The translations under genes were made by a program, and so were the position numbers. Under the pieces are notes generated by a model that saw nothing but the letters and a program-made list of their open reading frames with translations, did no database searches and had not been told where the DNA came from. DNA of 64,000 nt from Octopus sinensis (taxonomy: Eukaryota): NCBI RefSeq assembly GCF_006345805.1, contig NC_042999.1, positions 33,976,001 to 34,040,000 of the forward strand, read 5' to 3'. The stretch's first letter is position 1. Every line of letters starts with the position of its first letter. Of this stretch, positions 24,574 to 37,606 are shown piece after piece.

Positions 24574-25619
24574 TTAACTCACTTAAAGGGATGTCAGCAT
24601 CCAAGTTCCCCGTATTTATCCAGTGTGTCAGTGAAAATTCAAAGATATTAGCTTCGCATTGATAGATATGGGTATGTTATGTATGAGAAAAAGAAAACAA
24701 TTGTTTTCATGTCCAAGTAATACAATTTGAGAAATTAAATTAAATTAAAGTATCCTATTGAATATAGCTAATTGGGAAATTTGCCAGGGGAAGAATTTGA
24801 TAGAAAACAGCTACATTCCTACGTGTTGGTAGATCCTTTATAGCCTCAAATATGTGCGTTTTTTGCATACTTATGCATATGTATATGCAAATTTGTTTAA
24901 TTCATTTGTCCGTGTGTGTATGTAATGTGTTGAAAAACAAAGGTAGCCGTTAGTTAGTTCAAACGATATTGCGATACTATTACTACACTTGAAACAAAAA
25001 ACATTTTTCATCTATATTATGAAAGATGAAAAAGCCAGCAACGTATTTAATAAATTAAGAAATGTATAATGAGTCACCCTGTTGCTATCGCTAGATATTA
25101 TAATTAAGTAATAAATTAAAATTATTATTTTTTAAATAAAAGCCATAGCGACATACAGGTGATGCATTCTTAAAGTATTTGTGCGTCCCTTTGTTGAAAT
25201 CTACGAGACAATGACGAATCAACTTTTACTATTTACCAGAGCTGAATCTGTGCAAAATATATTTATTTAAATAATAATGCGAATAGATACAACGTACTTA
25301 ATTGAGGAAAGCATTATCGTTATCAAATGAAAATTATGAAAAACGAAAATGAAATAATTATTAAATCAATACGTAGTATCTTTAACTGGATATGTGATAA
25401 TAATTCACAAATTCCTGAGATGCGTACTTAAATTTAAGTCCTAGTAATCTTTATATAATACAGTTACTTCTAAATAAAACCTTATATTCATAAATTCCAT
25501 TTATTTTACATTTTAATATTAATATAATATCAACTAAGAACTGTTTAGTTACAATTGCTAGTATATTAATACTGAGATCACCACCTAATTTATAGCCCTA
25601 GTAACTTTTACATTATATT

Positions 25620-27720
25620 TAGTGGTAATTTTTCAAAACATATTTACAGGCGTGAACGCAGAATATCCCACCTTCTTTTTTGCTGTCAAGGAGTATATGT
25701 TTAATATTTAAGATTTGGAATAATTCTTCCACACACGGTAAACAATAGAATTTCCAATTTTATAGGCCTTAGCCCACTCCACAGTAACATTTTATTCTTC
25801 TTCAAACCCCAAATAAATTTTCTAAGGCTAGTAGGAGACGACGTATTCATATTACTAAAGATTCGCGATACGTTCTCGACATAGTGTTCCGTGGGACCGA
25901 TGTAAAAGAAATTCTTATATTCAGATTTCAATCTACGTCTATATACTACGCTTTTTTTTCTTTACAATTCTTATTAACGAAACAGTTATTCCTAACTTTG
26001 CAATCACAATATCTATTTTCACTTGTATTTATATTTCGATTCTGATTTATCTCATCACATTTATTGTTTACACTGTTATTCTTATTCCACAGGTTAAAAC
26101 AGGATTCAACGTGGGTTGTTTTCCCTTGTAAATTAGAAGATTTATTTATATATTCCTGATTTATTAGAGTATTATTATTGTTGCATTTCATCGGAGAATC
26201 ATTGCTATGAAAATTTGATAATTTCCTCTCGTTAAGGGAAGAAATAATTTGGGACATTTTTTAGAATGTAAAACATAGATGATTTTAGATACGGAAAAAT
26301 CCTCACAGAGAAAACTGAAACAGGTGTCAATTACGTTATGATATCTATTTTCTTTGGTAAAATGTTTATAAAATAGTTTATTATATAGAACCATCAAATT
26401 ATTCTTAATTTTCTTAGCGAATGAAATAACGAGCCAAATACTATTGCTCTTATCGGATGTTACATTACAATTTACAACTTTTCGAACCTCATTTCATTAT
26501 TTTCTTCTTATCACACATTTTATGAGCATTATCCGACATACGAAGCAATAAATTGGTTTTCATAACTTGCATATTATTATTATCCGTTAGTCGTTTATTT
26601 TTATTGTTCAGATCTTTATTCCTATTTCGTCTAGGTTATTTAAATTTATTGCTATCGTGAGTAATTCTAATGCTATTAGAGCAACTGTACTACAAATGTT
26701 GTGCATAATACGTTAACTTTTGGTTAAACTCAGCTTTACCGAGTGCCATGATATAAGAGTCTGCGTTTTTGTTTAAAATATCCCTACCAGATGATAAATT
26801 AGATATTCTTCTAAAGATATTGTAAACTAAGTATTGGGATGGTTATTTCCAGTATGTATCTACGATTGGAGTTAGGCTTGTGGAACGGTTCGTGCTTGCC
26901 AGTAAAGAGGTTTAGGTTAACATCTAGGACGTTAATTGATTCATGTTCATTTGCAATTGTTAAGGAGAATCCAACATTTCTTTAAATCAATAAAATGTCT
27001 TTTTGTACAGTTCTAATTTTGTACTAGATAGGTTTTTAATGATAAAAAGGATATCATCCCTATATAAGCCACCCGTAATTTCAGGAAAATCCCTTCCTAA
27101 GCTAAATAAAATATAAGCACCTACTATATCTATAAATTGGGCAGAATTGGATTGGCGGACCCCATATCAGTATCATAGCTGTCACAATTATCTTTCTTAA
27201 TCTAATACTGGCTTTCAAACTCTACAATATTTTTTCTGGCAGCTAAAATTATTTTAATATCTTCCATATTTAGATTCGAGTTTTTTCTCGCAAACAAGGG
27301 CATTGTTTAAAACTACTTGGTAAGATGAAGAGTAATAACTATCAAATTCATTTCTACTTATGTATTTAATGCCATTTAATCGATTTATTAATTCGTGGGA
27401 ATTAGACCAAAGTTTTAACCTTATCGTTTCTTTAAGGACCGGTATATACTTATCTAAAATAACCATATTTAGTCTACCTAAGTCAGATTTTCCAGAACAG
27501 ATCAAGCTTACCATAAGGTTGCTGTAAAAATTGTATTTGTCGCCCCTTAATATAAATCTATGAATTTTAGGAGATACGGTTTCCACAAAAAATGTCTTTT
27601 TCGTCCTTCAAAATAAATCTATTTCTTTTGGGGTCATCTAATTTGTAATTCTCCATTACATATACACAGCTATAATTGCTGTAATTACTAGAGATTGCAT
27701 CTGGGTGACTAATAATAAAT
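25620..27720 (-). mobile_element. Penelope-like element (Neptune-like), near-complete RT and GIY-YIG, decayed
   Basis: In order on the minus strand: LICSGKSDLGRLNMVILDK..LKLWSNSHELI; a GGLYR(G)DD catalytic motif near 27060-27080; NVLDVNLNL..HKPNSN; RISNLSSG..ALGKAEF; VVYRRRLKS..FYIGPTE (GIY-YIG); RKFIWGLK; YCLPCVEE. Confidence 0.85.
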
Positions 27721-28149
27721 TTCTTGAGTGATTAAATACCTTAATGACATTTTGATCTATTATAATAGAAATGAAGAATAATGTTGTTAGCTTCTAATAT
27801 AGTAATCGTATTGAAATATCATTTTAGCTAACTGACGGCTACCTTTAATTTTCAACACGTTGCGCACCTACGCGCACAAACACAAGTCACGTATATTATT
27901 GTGTATATATAACTCATTATAGATATATGTTTGTATGTATTTGTAAAGCTTTGAAGTGTGTATATCCATACATGTATTTAGATTGTTAATATCTTCGAAG
28001 TTCCTTCATCGACATTTTCTTAATGTGCGCGTCCTAAAATGTTTTAAAAGGTATTTAGAATCTCTGATTAGACATTTTGAATCATCTATGTATTACATTT
28101 TAGTCCAACGAAAGTGTGTTTAAAGTTTGTTTACAGCCAAATTAGAGTC

Positions 28150-28184
<35 letters not shown>

Positions 28185-28500
28185 ATATGTATATGTATGT
28201 ATATATATAATTATGTGATAAGTCTTCAACAGCTAGAAGATCACTTGATTAGCTAAGAGAGTAACGATAATGTTATCATAAGAAACGCTGAAAATGAAGA
28301 CAAGACGAAACACATATTGTCTGAATTTGAGAGTAGGCTACTGGACACTTGGTAAACCACTAATATCTTGTTTATGTCTTCTTGGTATCAAATTATTTAA
28401 ATTTTAGTTATCTCCCTACATTTTTTGCGCGTCTCTACATACCAGAGCCTCTAGTTTAAACCTCATCTGCTCAAAAGTGAACTGACAATCAATTTTTTCC

Positions 28501-28785
<285 letters not shown>

Positions 28786-30465
28786 GACATGTTTTAAAGA
28801 TAATCTTCCCGATTTACAAATCATTATAGGGATATACAATGAGCTATGTATCACTCTGATTATTTGCCGAAAAAAATTGCAGAAATAGACTAGAATTCTG
28901 GGCTATCTCAGTATTAGTATTACAAGTACAGTTTATAGCTTTCCCCCGCAAAATTTGAATAAAGAAAGGTAAAAGTTGTTCTCAGATTCCAATTCTTTCT
29001 AATTATGAGTGTTTTCTGTTTTAGTCAGATTGGAATACATTCGCAAATATGTAACAGCAGTTGCTATAACAATAATCTACTTGTTTTTTTTGGGGTTTGT
29101 TTTTGAACGAAAGAATTGTAAAATATTTATCAGTGGCTTGTAGCTGCAAAAGCATATAAGGAATACAAAATACTTTCCTGCAAATTAGAAAGAAAATATC
29201 TGTGATTAGCAGTGACACAGGATGAGGAGTTGCGATGCGTCCTGTTTGGCGACGGCAGGTGTTTTTTTAGCATAAACCTCACAACTCATTATTGGTAATT
29301 TAATTTAGTATGGTAGTTATCTTCCATGTTGGTCTTAATTTTATGAATTTCTTTTCACTTAACATAATTCCTCCAATCTAGTTTATAATCCAAATCTACT
29401 TAGCATTAGTAGGATATATGTATATATTAGCATCACGTACTCAATAACACTTCATTTGATGCTTATAATGTAACTAATTAGTTTTTTTATAGTTTGCTTT
29501 GTATGAACACAAAATTAACTGTTAAGTTATCAGTTGTTCCCGGCTGGGTATAATGAAATTAGTTTGTTATAATTAATCACTCAGCTCTTATATTATCTCT
29601 GAGAGGGAAAAATGTTGGCAGTGTTCTAAGAAATTTTCGGTGGGAATATATGCCTCAAACAAAAATTAAACGTATTCACCGCTTGGTAGCAGCGAAGAAC
29701 TAGCAATTTTTACACCAACCACTGTCTTATTATGGATAGAAAGAAATGCTATATTATATTTAGTAGCTGCTAAATAATTATGGTAAAAAATTATTATGCT
29801 TGCAGAATTATATTAAACATATATTAGGCGAGCGCAAGAATAGATTAACGCCCATTCTGAAAGTTTCCTTTCAACAATCGCAAGTTCAATTTATGTATGA
29901 TTTGTATTTGGTGATGCAACATATTATTACTAGTTATTTACTCCGAAATAGATCTTAAAAAAACAAAATCTATAGAGAGAAACACAAAGAACTGACAGAT
30001 TTTCCCAAGATTTGTATAAAAATGAATGTGACCCCGAAATAAATAAAATGAAATTAGTTGTTTTTGCTTTTTTATTCACCAAACCAGAACACAATTAATA
30101 GGGAGAATTAAATAATTTCATCTGTGATAGAAACAATCCGAGGATAGTTTTCGTAAAAAGCATGTTTTTATGGTGTGCAAACACTATATTTACCAGTGAT
30201 TTATAGAGTAACTATGTAAAGACGAACCCTATTTTGTAGAGCAATTTTAATTGTCAATTTTCACAAATTAGCCAGGCACAAGCAGCCAATAATAGTCCAC
30301 AGAGGGCCAAAATTATATCGTTAACTAGATTGTAAGAATATGGTCTCTACCACTGTAACACTCATGGACTGCAGTAAATATTTATTTTTATTTATGCACC
30401 TCATTATATATCTATATATCAAAGAAAGAACACCGAACTTCATTAGCTGATGCAGTTGTTTCTGC

Positions 30466-30523
<58 letters not shown>

Positions 30524-33500
30524 GAAATATGTGGTCTGTGTGTGCATGTTTGTATGCATACAAGTATGCGAACATATGTACAAATGCACCCGCTCACACA
30601 CACATGCACATATATACATGCAAACTTATATATTTATATACAGACACCCGTATACGCATGCACTTACATTTGTGTATGTGTGTCTATCTGTGTCTGTAAG
30701 CGTGTGTGTCAGTTTGCACTTAGTTTACATATTTAGGAAGGTTGTGACCCTGAGCTAACTAGAAAAGTCTACTTATTTTAGTTATGGTTTCTTTAATGTG
30801 AATGTAAGTCTCTTACAGAATCATTTTGAGGCATGTTAATCGATTAAATAAGCACCCGTACATATTTCAGCAACCTTCTCTTTATGATAGTTGCCTGTCT
30901 TACCGTAATGCTGCGAGTCATTTGTGGACACTAAACAAACATTTCAGGTTCATCGAGTAGTGTTTTTCTCGCTTTGTAGGGACGTATTGTTCCTTACACG
31001 TTGACCTCCCTGACATTTCTGCAGCTTTTTATGTCTACGTTTTCTATATCCTTGTAAGAATCCAATATTTCCCGCATGCTTCTATTGCTCGAATATTAAA
31101 ATGGTGCAATGACTCTCACGCACTGTGTTATCTACCAAATTACAATAGTTTATTTCCACCGAGACCCTGGTGTTTCTACTGTATTACACCAGTACAATAA
31201 CATTCAAGCCCGCTCTTTAAAATCTAGCACTGTCACTGATTAGTAATCCTTTCTACCACCAAAACGGAACGTTCTCTCTGCAAGAGAGCTAGTACTTGTT
31301 AGCAATTATAAGCCAAACTGAAAAATCAAAAGTGATTTTTTACATTGGAGTCGATGTATTTTATATACTACAGGATCACAACCGGAATGGTTTTCACTGC
31401 AGACGTACTGCTTTTCGACTTGTACTGAGTATATTGGCCAAATATAATATCAGAAATTAATTCATCGAAATAGGCGTTAATAAAAGTAATATCTGCTATA
31501 ACAGTCTTCAGGCATTGAAAGTAAAGGGGTATTTTTGAAAGACTACGAGAAACCTTTTATATGTTTGAAGGTATATAATCACACATTATACAATCTATTT
31601 CGAATTAGTGAGTCAACGTAGATACGATATATATCAAGGTATGGAAATGTATGGATACTCTCTATATGTATCATATTCTCATTTCTTATAATTATTTGTA
31701 AATGTTGCGTATCAACTTTAAGTGTAAGAAATGCTATGAGCAAAGGGAAAAAATGGGTTACTGCAACAATTAAACAAATCGATGCTAATAGAAGTAACTT
31801 TGAAATAGTCAAATAGTGTGCAAAACAGCAGAGTTAAAATATAAACAGACAATAAAGCAACATGAAGTGAATAACTCAATAAAATTAGGAAATATATTAC
31901 CCATAAATTTATTTTTGAATATGTGCATTATACCTTAAGTGAGTAGTAAACAATTCAAATTCGTAGCTCTATAAAGTGATATTTTGAAATATAATAACGC
32001 TATTTCTGTGAGGTTGTAATCGTATTTTTCTCTTACGCCTAAATAATGTCTCCAATAGTTAAATACACGTTCGGTTTCATTTATTGTAAAGCTTCTTCAA
32101 TAGCGTAGATTTTCTGAATAAATCGATTTTTATTTAGATTTATGACATTTAACAGTAATTTTCCTGCAACTATTGGTATTGAAAATCCCAATTTGTGTTA
32201 TTGTATATTGGAAAATATACAAAAAGGATACAAATAAAATTCCATTAAATATATAAAATCTGTCCTTCAGACATCAGCTCAGGAAGAAGATTTCGATTTT
32301 GCTTTTCTTTGTGATTTAGTGTCTGCACATTCCCAAGTGTATGCGTGCTTGTACAAGTGAATGTTTGTGTGAACATTACGTTTGTAATAATAATCGTTTT
32401 TATTTGGCTTATTATTTAATAATATAAATAAACCATACATACGTATTTCTTTGAAACGCCAATGACATTCATAATCTTTTTGACTACGTAAGGCCAGCAT
32501 TAAATGTTTTAGAATTCAACTATTTTAAATCTTTATATTGTAGATTCTATCAAAGTCTCTTAACTAACTATAACTGGTACAAAAATAGTAACATGAAATT
32601 CAATGCAAATATGAACGAATAGAGTATAGTTCAAAATAGATTTATTATAGAACTATTTACTAACAGTGTGTTCTGATAATGCTATGTATGACATTAAACG
32701 TACAATGTTGTCGCCTGGATAAAATAAGTATCGAAGACAGCGTTCTATAATATATTCCAACTACATTCTATATCACTGTATAGCCTTGTGTAAATATTGG
32801 AAATCAATTCTACTGAAATTTAAACGGCCGTGTGGTAGTCAAAACTGTAAACGAGTTAAAGGCCATCAAGTAAATTTTGCAATGCAACTCACGTTTTCCG
32901 ATATATGTACCAGTAATTCACTGCGGTTGATCACTACGATGAGCATACATGCTTTGTAATTTAAGCCAATGTAAAAAATCGATATTATGATCTCAATATA
33001 CATATCCTAGGATGCTATATAGCATAACTATGTCACATCGAAATAAGGATCTGATTTTATAATTGAAATATATAATTAAGTCAATAATACAATTAATTAC
33101 ATCAGCCAGCAAATCTATATTTATCATTTAATATCTTCAACATTTTAGAATCGCAATCATTATGAAATATTTATTCATGGTTGATTATGCTCAGGCTGGA
33201 TTTAAGTAGTTCCTGGTTTTTACCGCTTTTATTTGAAATATCAACTGCTAAATATGCTGGAAGCCATTTGCATTGAAAATGCAATATCATGGAAATTTAT
33301 TGCTAGCATATGTTATAGTGACTAGTGGACATATTCAATTAGAAGGTCCATAGCTCAACGTAAAATATTAATGTGATGAATGTGAGTTCAATTGCAATTA
33401 TGATTTCTAAATAATTTAGCCAGTTTTAGTAGAAAATGTCGCGCATGCTTAGGAGTCAACAATAGGTTGACGTCGCCATATATATCGAATTACGAATCGG

Positions 33501-33654
33501 TAATCAGAGAATAAGAATATTGGAAGACAGATTTTATTCGTGAGTACCAAGTTACGAGGTCAGTGCTATGTTGTTATACATACAGTATAAGAGAATGAAC
33601 GTGTGTGACATTGAAGTAATAGTCATACAATAGAAGAAGACGAGGTTGTTTTGT

Positions 33655-33785
33655 CGCCAAGTACATGGTTCCAGGTTCCCCACCCACTGCGTGGAAACTT
33701 AGACAAATATCTTCTACAGTAGCTTCGGGCCAACTAAAGTCTTGTGAGTGTTTTTCTTAGATGGGAACTGAGAGCAGACCGTCGT
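33655..33785 (+). mobile_element. SINE family A relic (5' part, diverged)
   Basis: CATGGTTCCAGGTTC..CCCACTGCGTGG..TCTTCTAC..TCGGGCC..AAAGTCTTGTGAGTG..CCGTCG, collinear with family A. Confidence 0.7.
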
Positions 33786-33901
33786 GCAGACTCTACTATG
33801 CACACATAGTAGAGTTTAAAGTCTATGTGTACCAAGCGATTTTACTCCACACGCTTTAGCTTCGTTGCTATGGCAACCCTCCGGATACTTATTGATCGGA
33901 C

Positions 33902-34118
33902 CACATATATACTTTAAAAATGTTATCGTACGGAGATTATTGGGGATTTTATCCTCCATCTTCCCTTTGGATTTGTTGCTATTCCTGTTCCTGAAGAGGA
34001 GCTATGCTCGAAACGTAAAACAATTACTCGTTACCTTCTCCGAACGTTTATTAATGCATTGCTTGTGCTACGTACGCTCTGTATTTTTTTTGTTTTTGTT
34101 TTGTTCAACTAATTATAT
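33902..34118 (+). mobile_element. Penelope-type terminal repeat, copy 1
   Basis: Its first 128 bp recur at 36542-36669. Carries a hammerhead core; T-rich 3' part ends in AACTAATTATATAT. Confidence 0.65.
33986..34022 (+). ncRNA. minimal type I hammerhead ribozyme motif, copy 1
   Basis: CUGAAGA (33991-33997), extra G, stem II GAGC/UAU/GCUC, GAAA, palindromic stem III ACGU, cleavage triplet GUA (after 34017). Stem I UGUU(C)/(A)AACA with one mismatch next to the core. Confidence 0.65.
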
Positions 34119-34432
34119 ATGTGTATGTGTATGTGTGTGTGTGTATGTGTGTGTGTGTGTGCGTGTATATATAGATATGCATGTATGTATATCTAAATAT
34201 ATATATTTATATATATATGTATGTGCATGTAAATTGAATTTGATGGTTTGATTGTATAAATTAGATAATATATTTAAATTTAAATTCATCAGATAATACA
34301 TTCACTAACATTTCTCTCCATTTAAGGTGGTCGTTAATCAGTGAAGTCATTAGGATTTGTAACTTTTAATGTATTGGTAACGTTATTTTTGACTACACTT
34401 ACGCTAAGCACTATGTGTATATCTGCGAGTAT

Positions 34433-35053
34433 TTGTGTGTGTGTGTGTGTGTGTGTGCGCGTGCGTGCGCATGTTTGTGTGTATGTTTGTTTGTGTGTAT
34501 GTGTTTGTGTGTAACTGAGTGTCTGTGTTTGTATGTATTTGTTTTAACATTGATTAATTCATTGATCATGTACATTGACATGTTACATCAGATATCTTTC
34601 TGAAGGTTGTTTCCAGTAAAATCTAAAGCATTATATAACTATGTTTACAAATGTTATGTTTCAAAATCTATTTATTTCACCATTTTTATTTCAACTAATT
34701 TGAAAACAAATTTAAATATGCTTTAACTTGTTTGTATTATTACCAATTAATTTCCTTCTGGTCAATGCCGGATGCAGTAATTCGAGAAATAAAATAATTT
34801 ATTTGATATAGTGAAACACCAAGTAGATTTTTCAATACATCACCGAATATAACACACGTAACACATATATATATATAACTCATATAACACAGGCGTAGGA
34901 GTGGCTGTGTGTTAAGTAGCTTGCTTACGAACCACATGATTCCGGATTCAGTCCCACTGCGTGGCACCTTGGGCCAGTGTCTTCTACTATAGCATCGGGT
35001 CGACCAAAGCCTTGTGAGTGGATTTGGTAGACGAAAACTGAAAGAAGTCTGTC

Positions 35054-35113
<60 letters not shown>

Positions 35114-35739
35114 GTGTTGTGTGTGTGTGTGTGTGTGTGTGTGCGCGTGCGTGCGCATGTTTGTGTGTATGTTTGTTTGTGTGTATGTGTTTGTGTGTAA
35201 CTGAGTGTCTGTGTTTGTATGTATTTTTTTTAACATTGATTAATTCATTGATCATGTACATTGACATGTTACATCAGATATCTTTCTGAAGGTTGTTTCC
35301 AGTAAAATCTAAAGCATTATATAACTATGTTTACAAATGTTATGTTTCAAAATCTATTTATTTCACCATTTTTATTTCAACTAATTTGAAAACAAATTTA
35401 AATATGCTTTAACTTGTTTGTATTATTACCAATTAATTTCCTTCTGGTCAATGCCGGATGCAGTAATTCGAGAAATAAAATAATTTATTTGATATAGTGA
35501 AACACCAAGTAGATTTTTCAATACATCACCGAATATAACACACGTAACACATATATATATATAACTCATATAACACAGGCGTAGGAGTGGCTGTGTGTTG
35601 AGTAGCTTGCTTACGAACCACATGATTCCGGATTCAGTCCCACTGCGTGGCACCTTGGGCCAGTGTCTTCTACTATAGCATCGGGTCGACCAATGCCTTG
35701 TGAGTGGATTTGGTAGACGAAAACTGAAAGAAGTCTGTC

Positions 35740-35804
<65 letters not shown>
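34433..35804 (+). repeat. 686-bp tandem duplication
   Basis: Landmarks offset by exactly 686 bp (34457/35143; 34891/35577). Three substitutions seen outside the microsatellites. Breakpoints lie in (TG)n tracts. Confidence 0.95.
34891..35055 (+). mobile_element. SINE family A, 5' half (created by the duplication)
   Basis: Nearly identical to 35577-35741; stops at the internal (TA)(TG) tract. Confidence 0.92.
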
Positions 35805-35806
<2 letters not shown>

Positions 35807-36015
35807 TGTGTTTGTGTTTGTTTGTGTATCTGTGTTTCTTCCCCAACATCACTTGACAACCGATGCTGGTGTGTTTACGTCCCCGTAACCTAGCGGATCG
35901 ACAAAAGAGATCGGTAGCATAAGTACTGGGGTCGATTTGCTCGACTAAATGTGGTGCTCCAACATGGCCACAGTCAAATGACTGAAACAAGTAAAAGAGT
36001 AAAAGAGTAAAGAGT
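35577..36015 (+). mobile_element. SINE family A, full length
   Basis: AGGCGTAGGAGTGGCTGTGTG head through ATGACTGAAACAAGTAAAAGAGTAAAAGAG tail. Confidence 0.93.
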
Positions 36016-36541
36016 ACATAGTGACATGCTGAAATTATATTTCATTAAAAATGTGGTGTCCAAATAGTATTATTTGTCAATTATAAATTTGATCTACATG
36101 GAAAATACTAATAGGGCATAATAATTGCGAGGTTTATACACATTATGGTGCGTATATTGTTTTATACATATAGTAGTTTTCATAATTGGAGATTACTGAT
36201 TTCTATATTTTACCATTTTTTTATATTTTACTCTATGATATAGACCTAGCTAAACGTTACATTCTTGCGAATATTATATCCATTTTTACGTACATAATGA
36301 TTAAGTTATCTTCTGATATACATGGACTTGATCTGATGCATTATCATATAGTAGTCTATACGAATATGTGAGTAGGCAAAAACATACACATGCGCAGATT
36401 AGTATACATTTTTCATGTATGTTTGCATGGATGGATGCATGCATATATGCATGGATGGACGGATAATGTTTCTTTGAAGTTATGCTTGATCAAGTTCAAG
36501 GTGGTTGCTACCGGAGTAACAGCACATTTTTAGTTAAGATA

Positions 36542-36669
36542 CACATATATACTTTAAAAATGTTATCGTACGTGGATTATTGGGGATTTTATCCTCCATC
36601 TTCCCATTGGATTTGTTGCTATTCCTGTTCCTGAAGAGGAGCTATGCTCGAAACGTAAAACAATTACTC
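36542..36669 (+). mobile_element. Penelope-type terminal repeat, copy 2 (3'-truncated)
   Basis: 128 bp with three substitutions relative to 33902-34029. Confidence 0.65.
36626..36662 (+). ncRNA. minimal type I hammerhead ribozyme motif, copy 2
   Basis: Identical to 33986-34022. Confidence 0.65.
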
Positions 36670-36719
36670 ACGGTGATTGTGAGTATATGGAGACATACAT
36701 CCAAGTATTTCCATCTATT

Positions 36720-37455
36720 CACATTAGAATCCCAGATGGAGAATGTCTCGAATGTGCTTAGAAATTTTTCCTGTGCCACTAATACATGGGATTTAGAGAA
36801 AGCGCGTCAGGTACTTTTGCTCTTTTCCGTGAAACCAAGTGTTTGTAGGTTTTTGTACAAAATTGTGGGTACGTAACTTATTGCACAAATGATGTTCAGT
36901 ACAAATGACAATTCATAGCCAGAGTAGAAGAACACTGTATTTTCCGTATTAATTTGCCATAAGTCTTCGCCTTGTCCTATAATAGTGCATGAATGTTGTT
37001 CTCTGTCGCACCGAACAACGTTAGGCTTGTTATATTTGCACCGAACTGATGTTTTCATTGGGTTGTCCCACCAGTATTCTTTGTTTTTAGAGGTGTGAGT
37101 ACTTGGCGGTTCTGATATACTTTTGATGTATGCAGCAGGGCCGTCCAGCTCTGCAGATAGCATTGTAAAAGATCTTCGTAACTATCTCATGCCTCCGGGG
37201 TAGGTCCTATTTCGTAGACATTGTGGAGCAGCAGCTGATGGTATGCGTGATGTCTCCCACACTGGTATAGCTGACCCAGCACTTTTTATCACAATGTGGT
37301 GGTTTGGTAGTATGTTTGTCCCACGTGTATATCAGGTATTTAGCGGCTATCACCTGTTCTTGGTTAGCGAAGTCATATCCTTCTAAGTAGGTCCAGAAAA
37401 AAGCTACTCTTCCTGTCTCTGCTATTGTTGCCGAAGGTAATGTAGTTAATATGTG
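36720..37455 (-). mobile_element. RLE-type LINE relic (R4/NeSL-like)
   Basis: YLEGYDFANQEQVIAAKYL..CDKKCWV..DITHTISCCSTMSTK*DLPRRHEIVTK..KEYWWDNPMKT..KYNKPNVV..CTII (CCHC plus PD..D region). May extend past the (AGT)n tract to ~37990. Confidence 0.65.
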
Positions 37456-37503
37456 GTCGTGGTGGTGGTGGCAGCTGCAGCAGCAGTAGCAGTAGTGGTA
37501 GTT

Positions 37504-37594
<91 letters not shown>

Positions 37595-37606
37595 TAGTAG
37601 TAGTAG
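37455..37606. repeat. (AGT)n microsatellite
   Basis: Directly visible. Confidence 0.96.

Noticed and set aside
29021-29218. Strong-looking minus-strand acceptor (TTTCTTTCTAATTTGCAG|G) near 29178
   Set aside because: The frames read stop soon after or lack recognisable content, and no donor could be supported.
31579-31812. ORF with a signal-peptide-like hydrophobic N-terminus
   Set aside because: It starts at TTG, is 77 aa of AT-biased composition, and has no recognisable domain or splice support.
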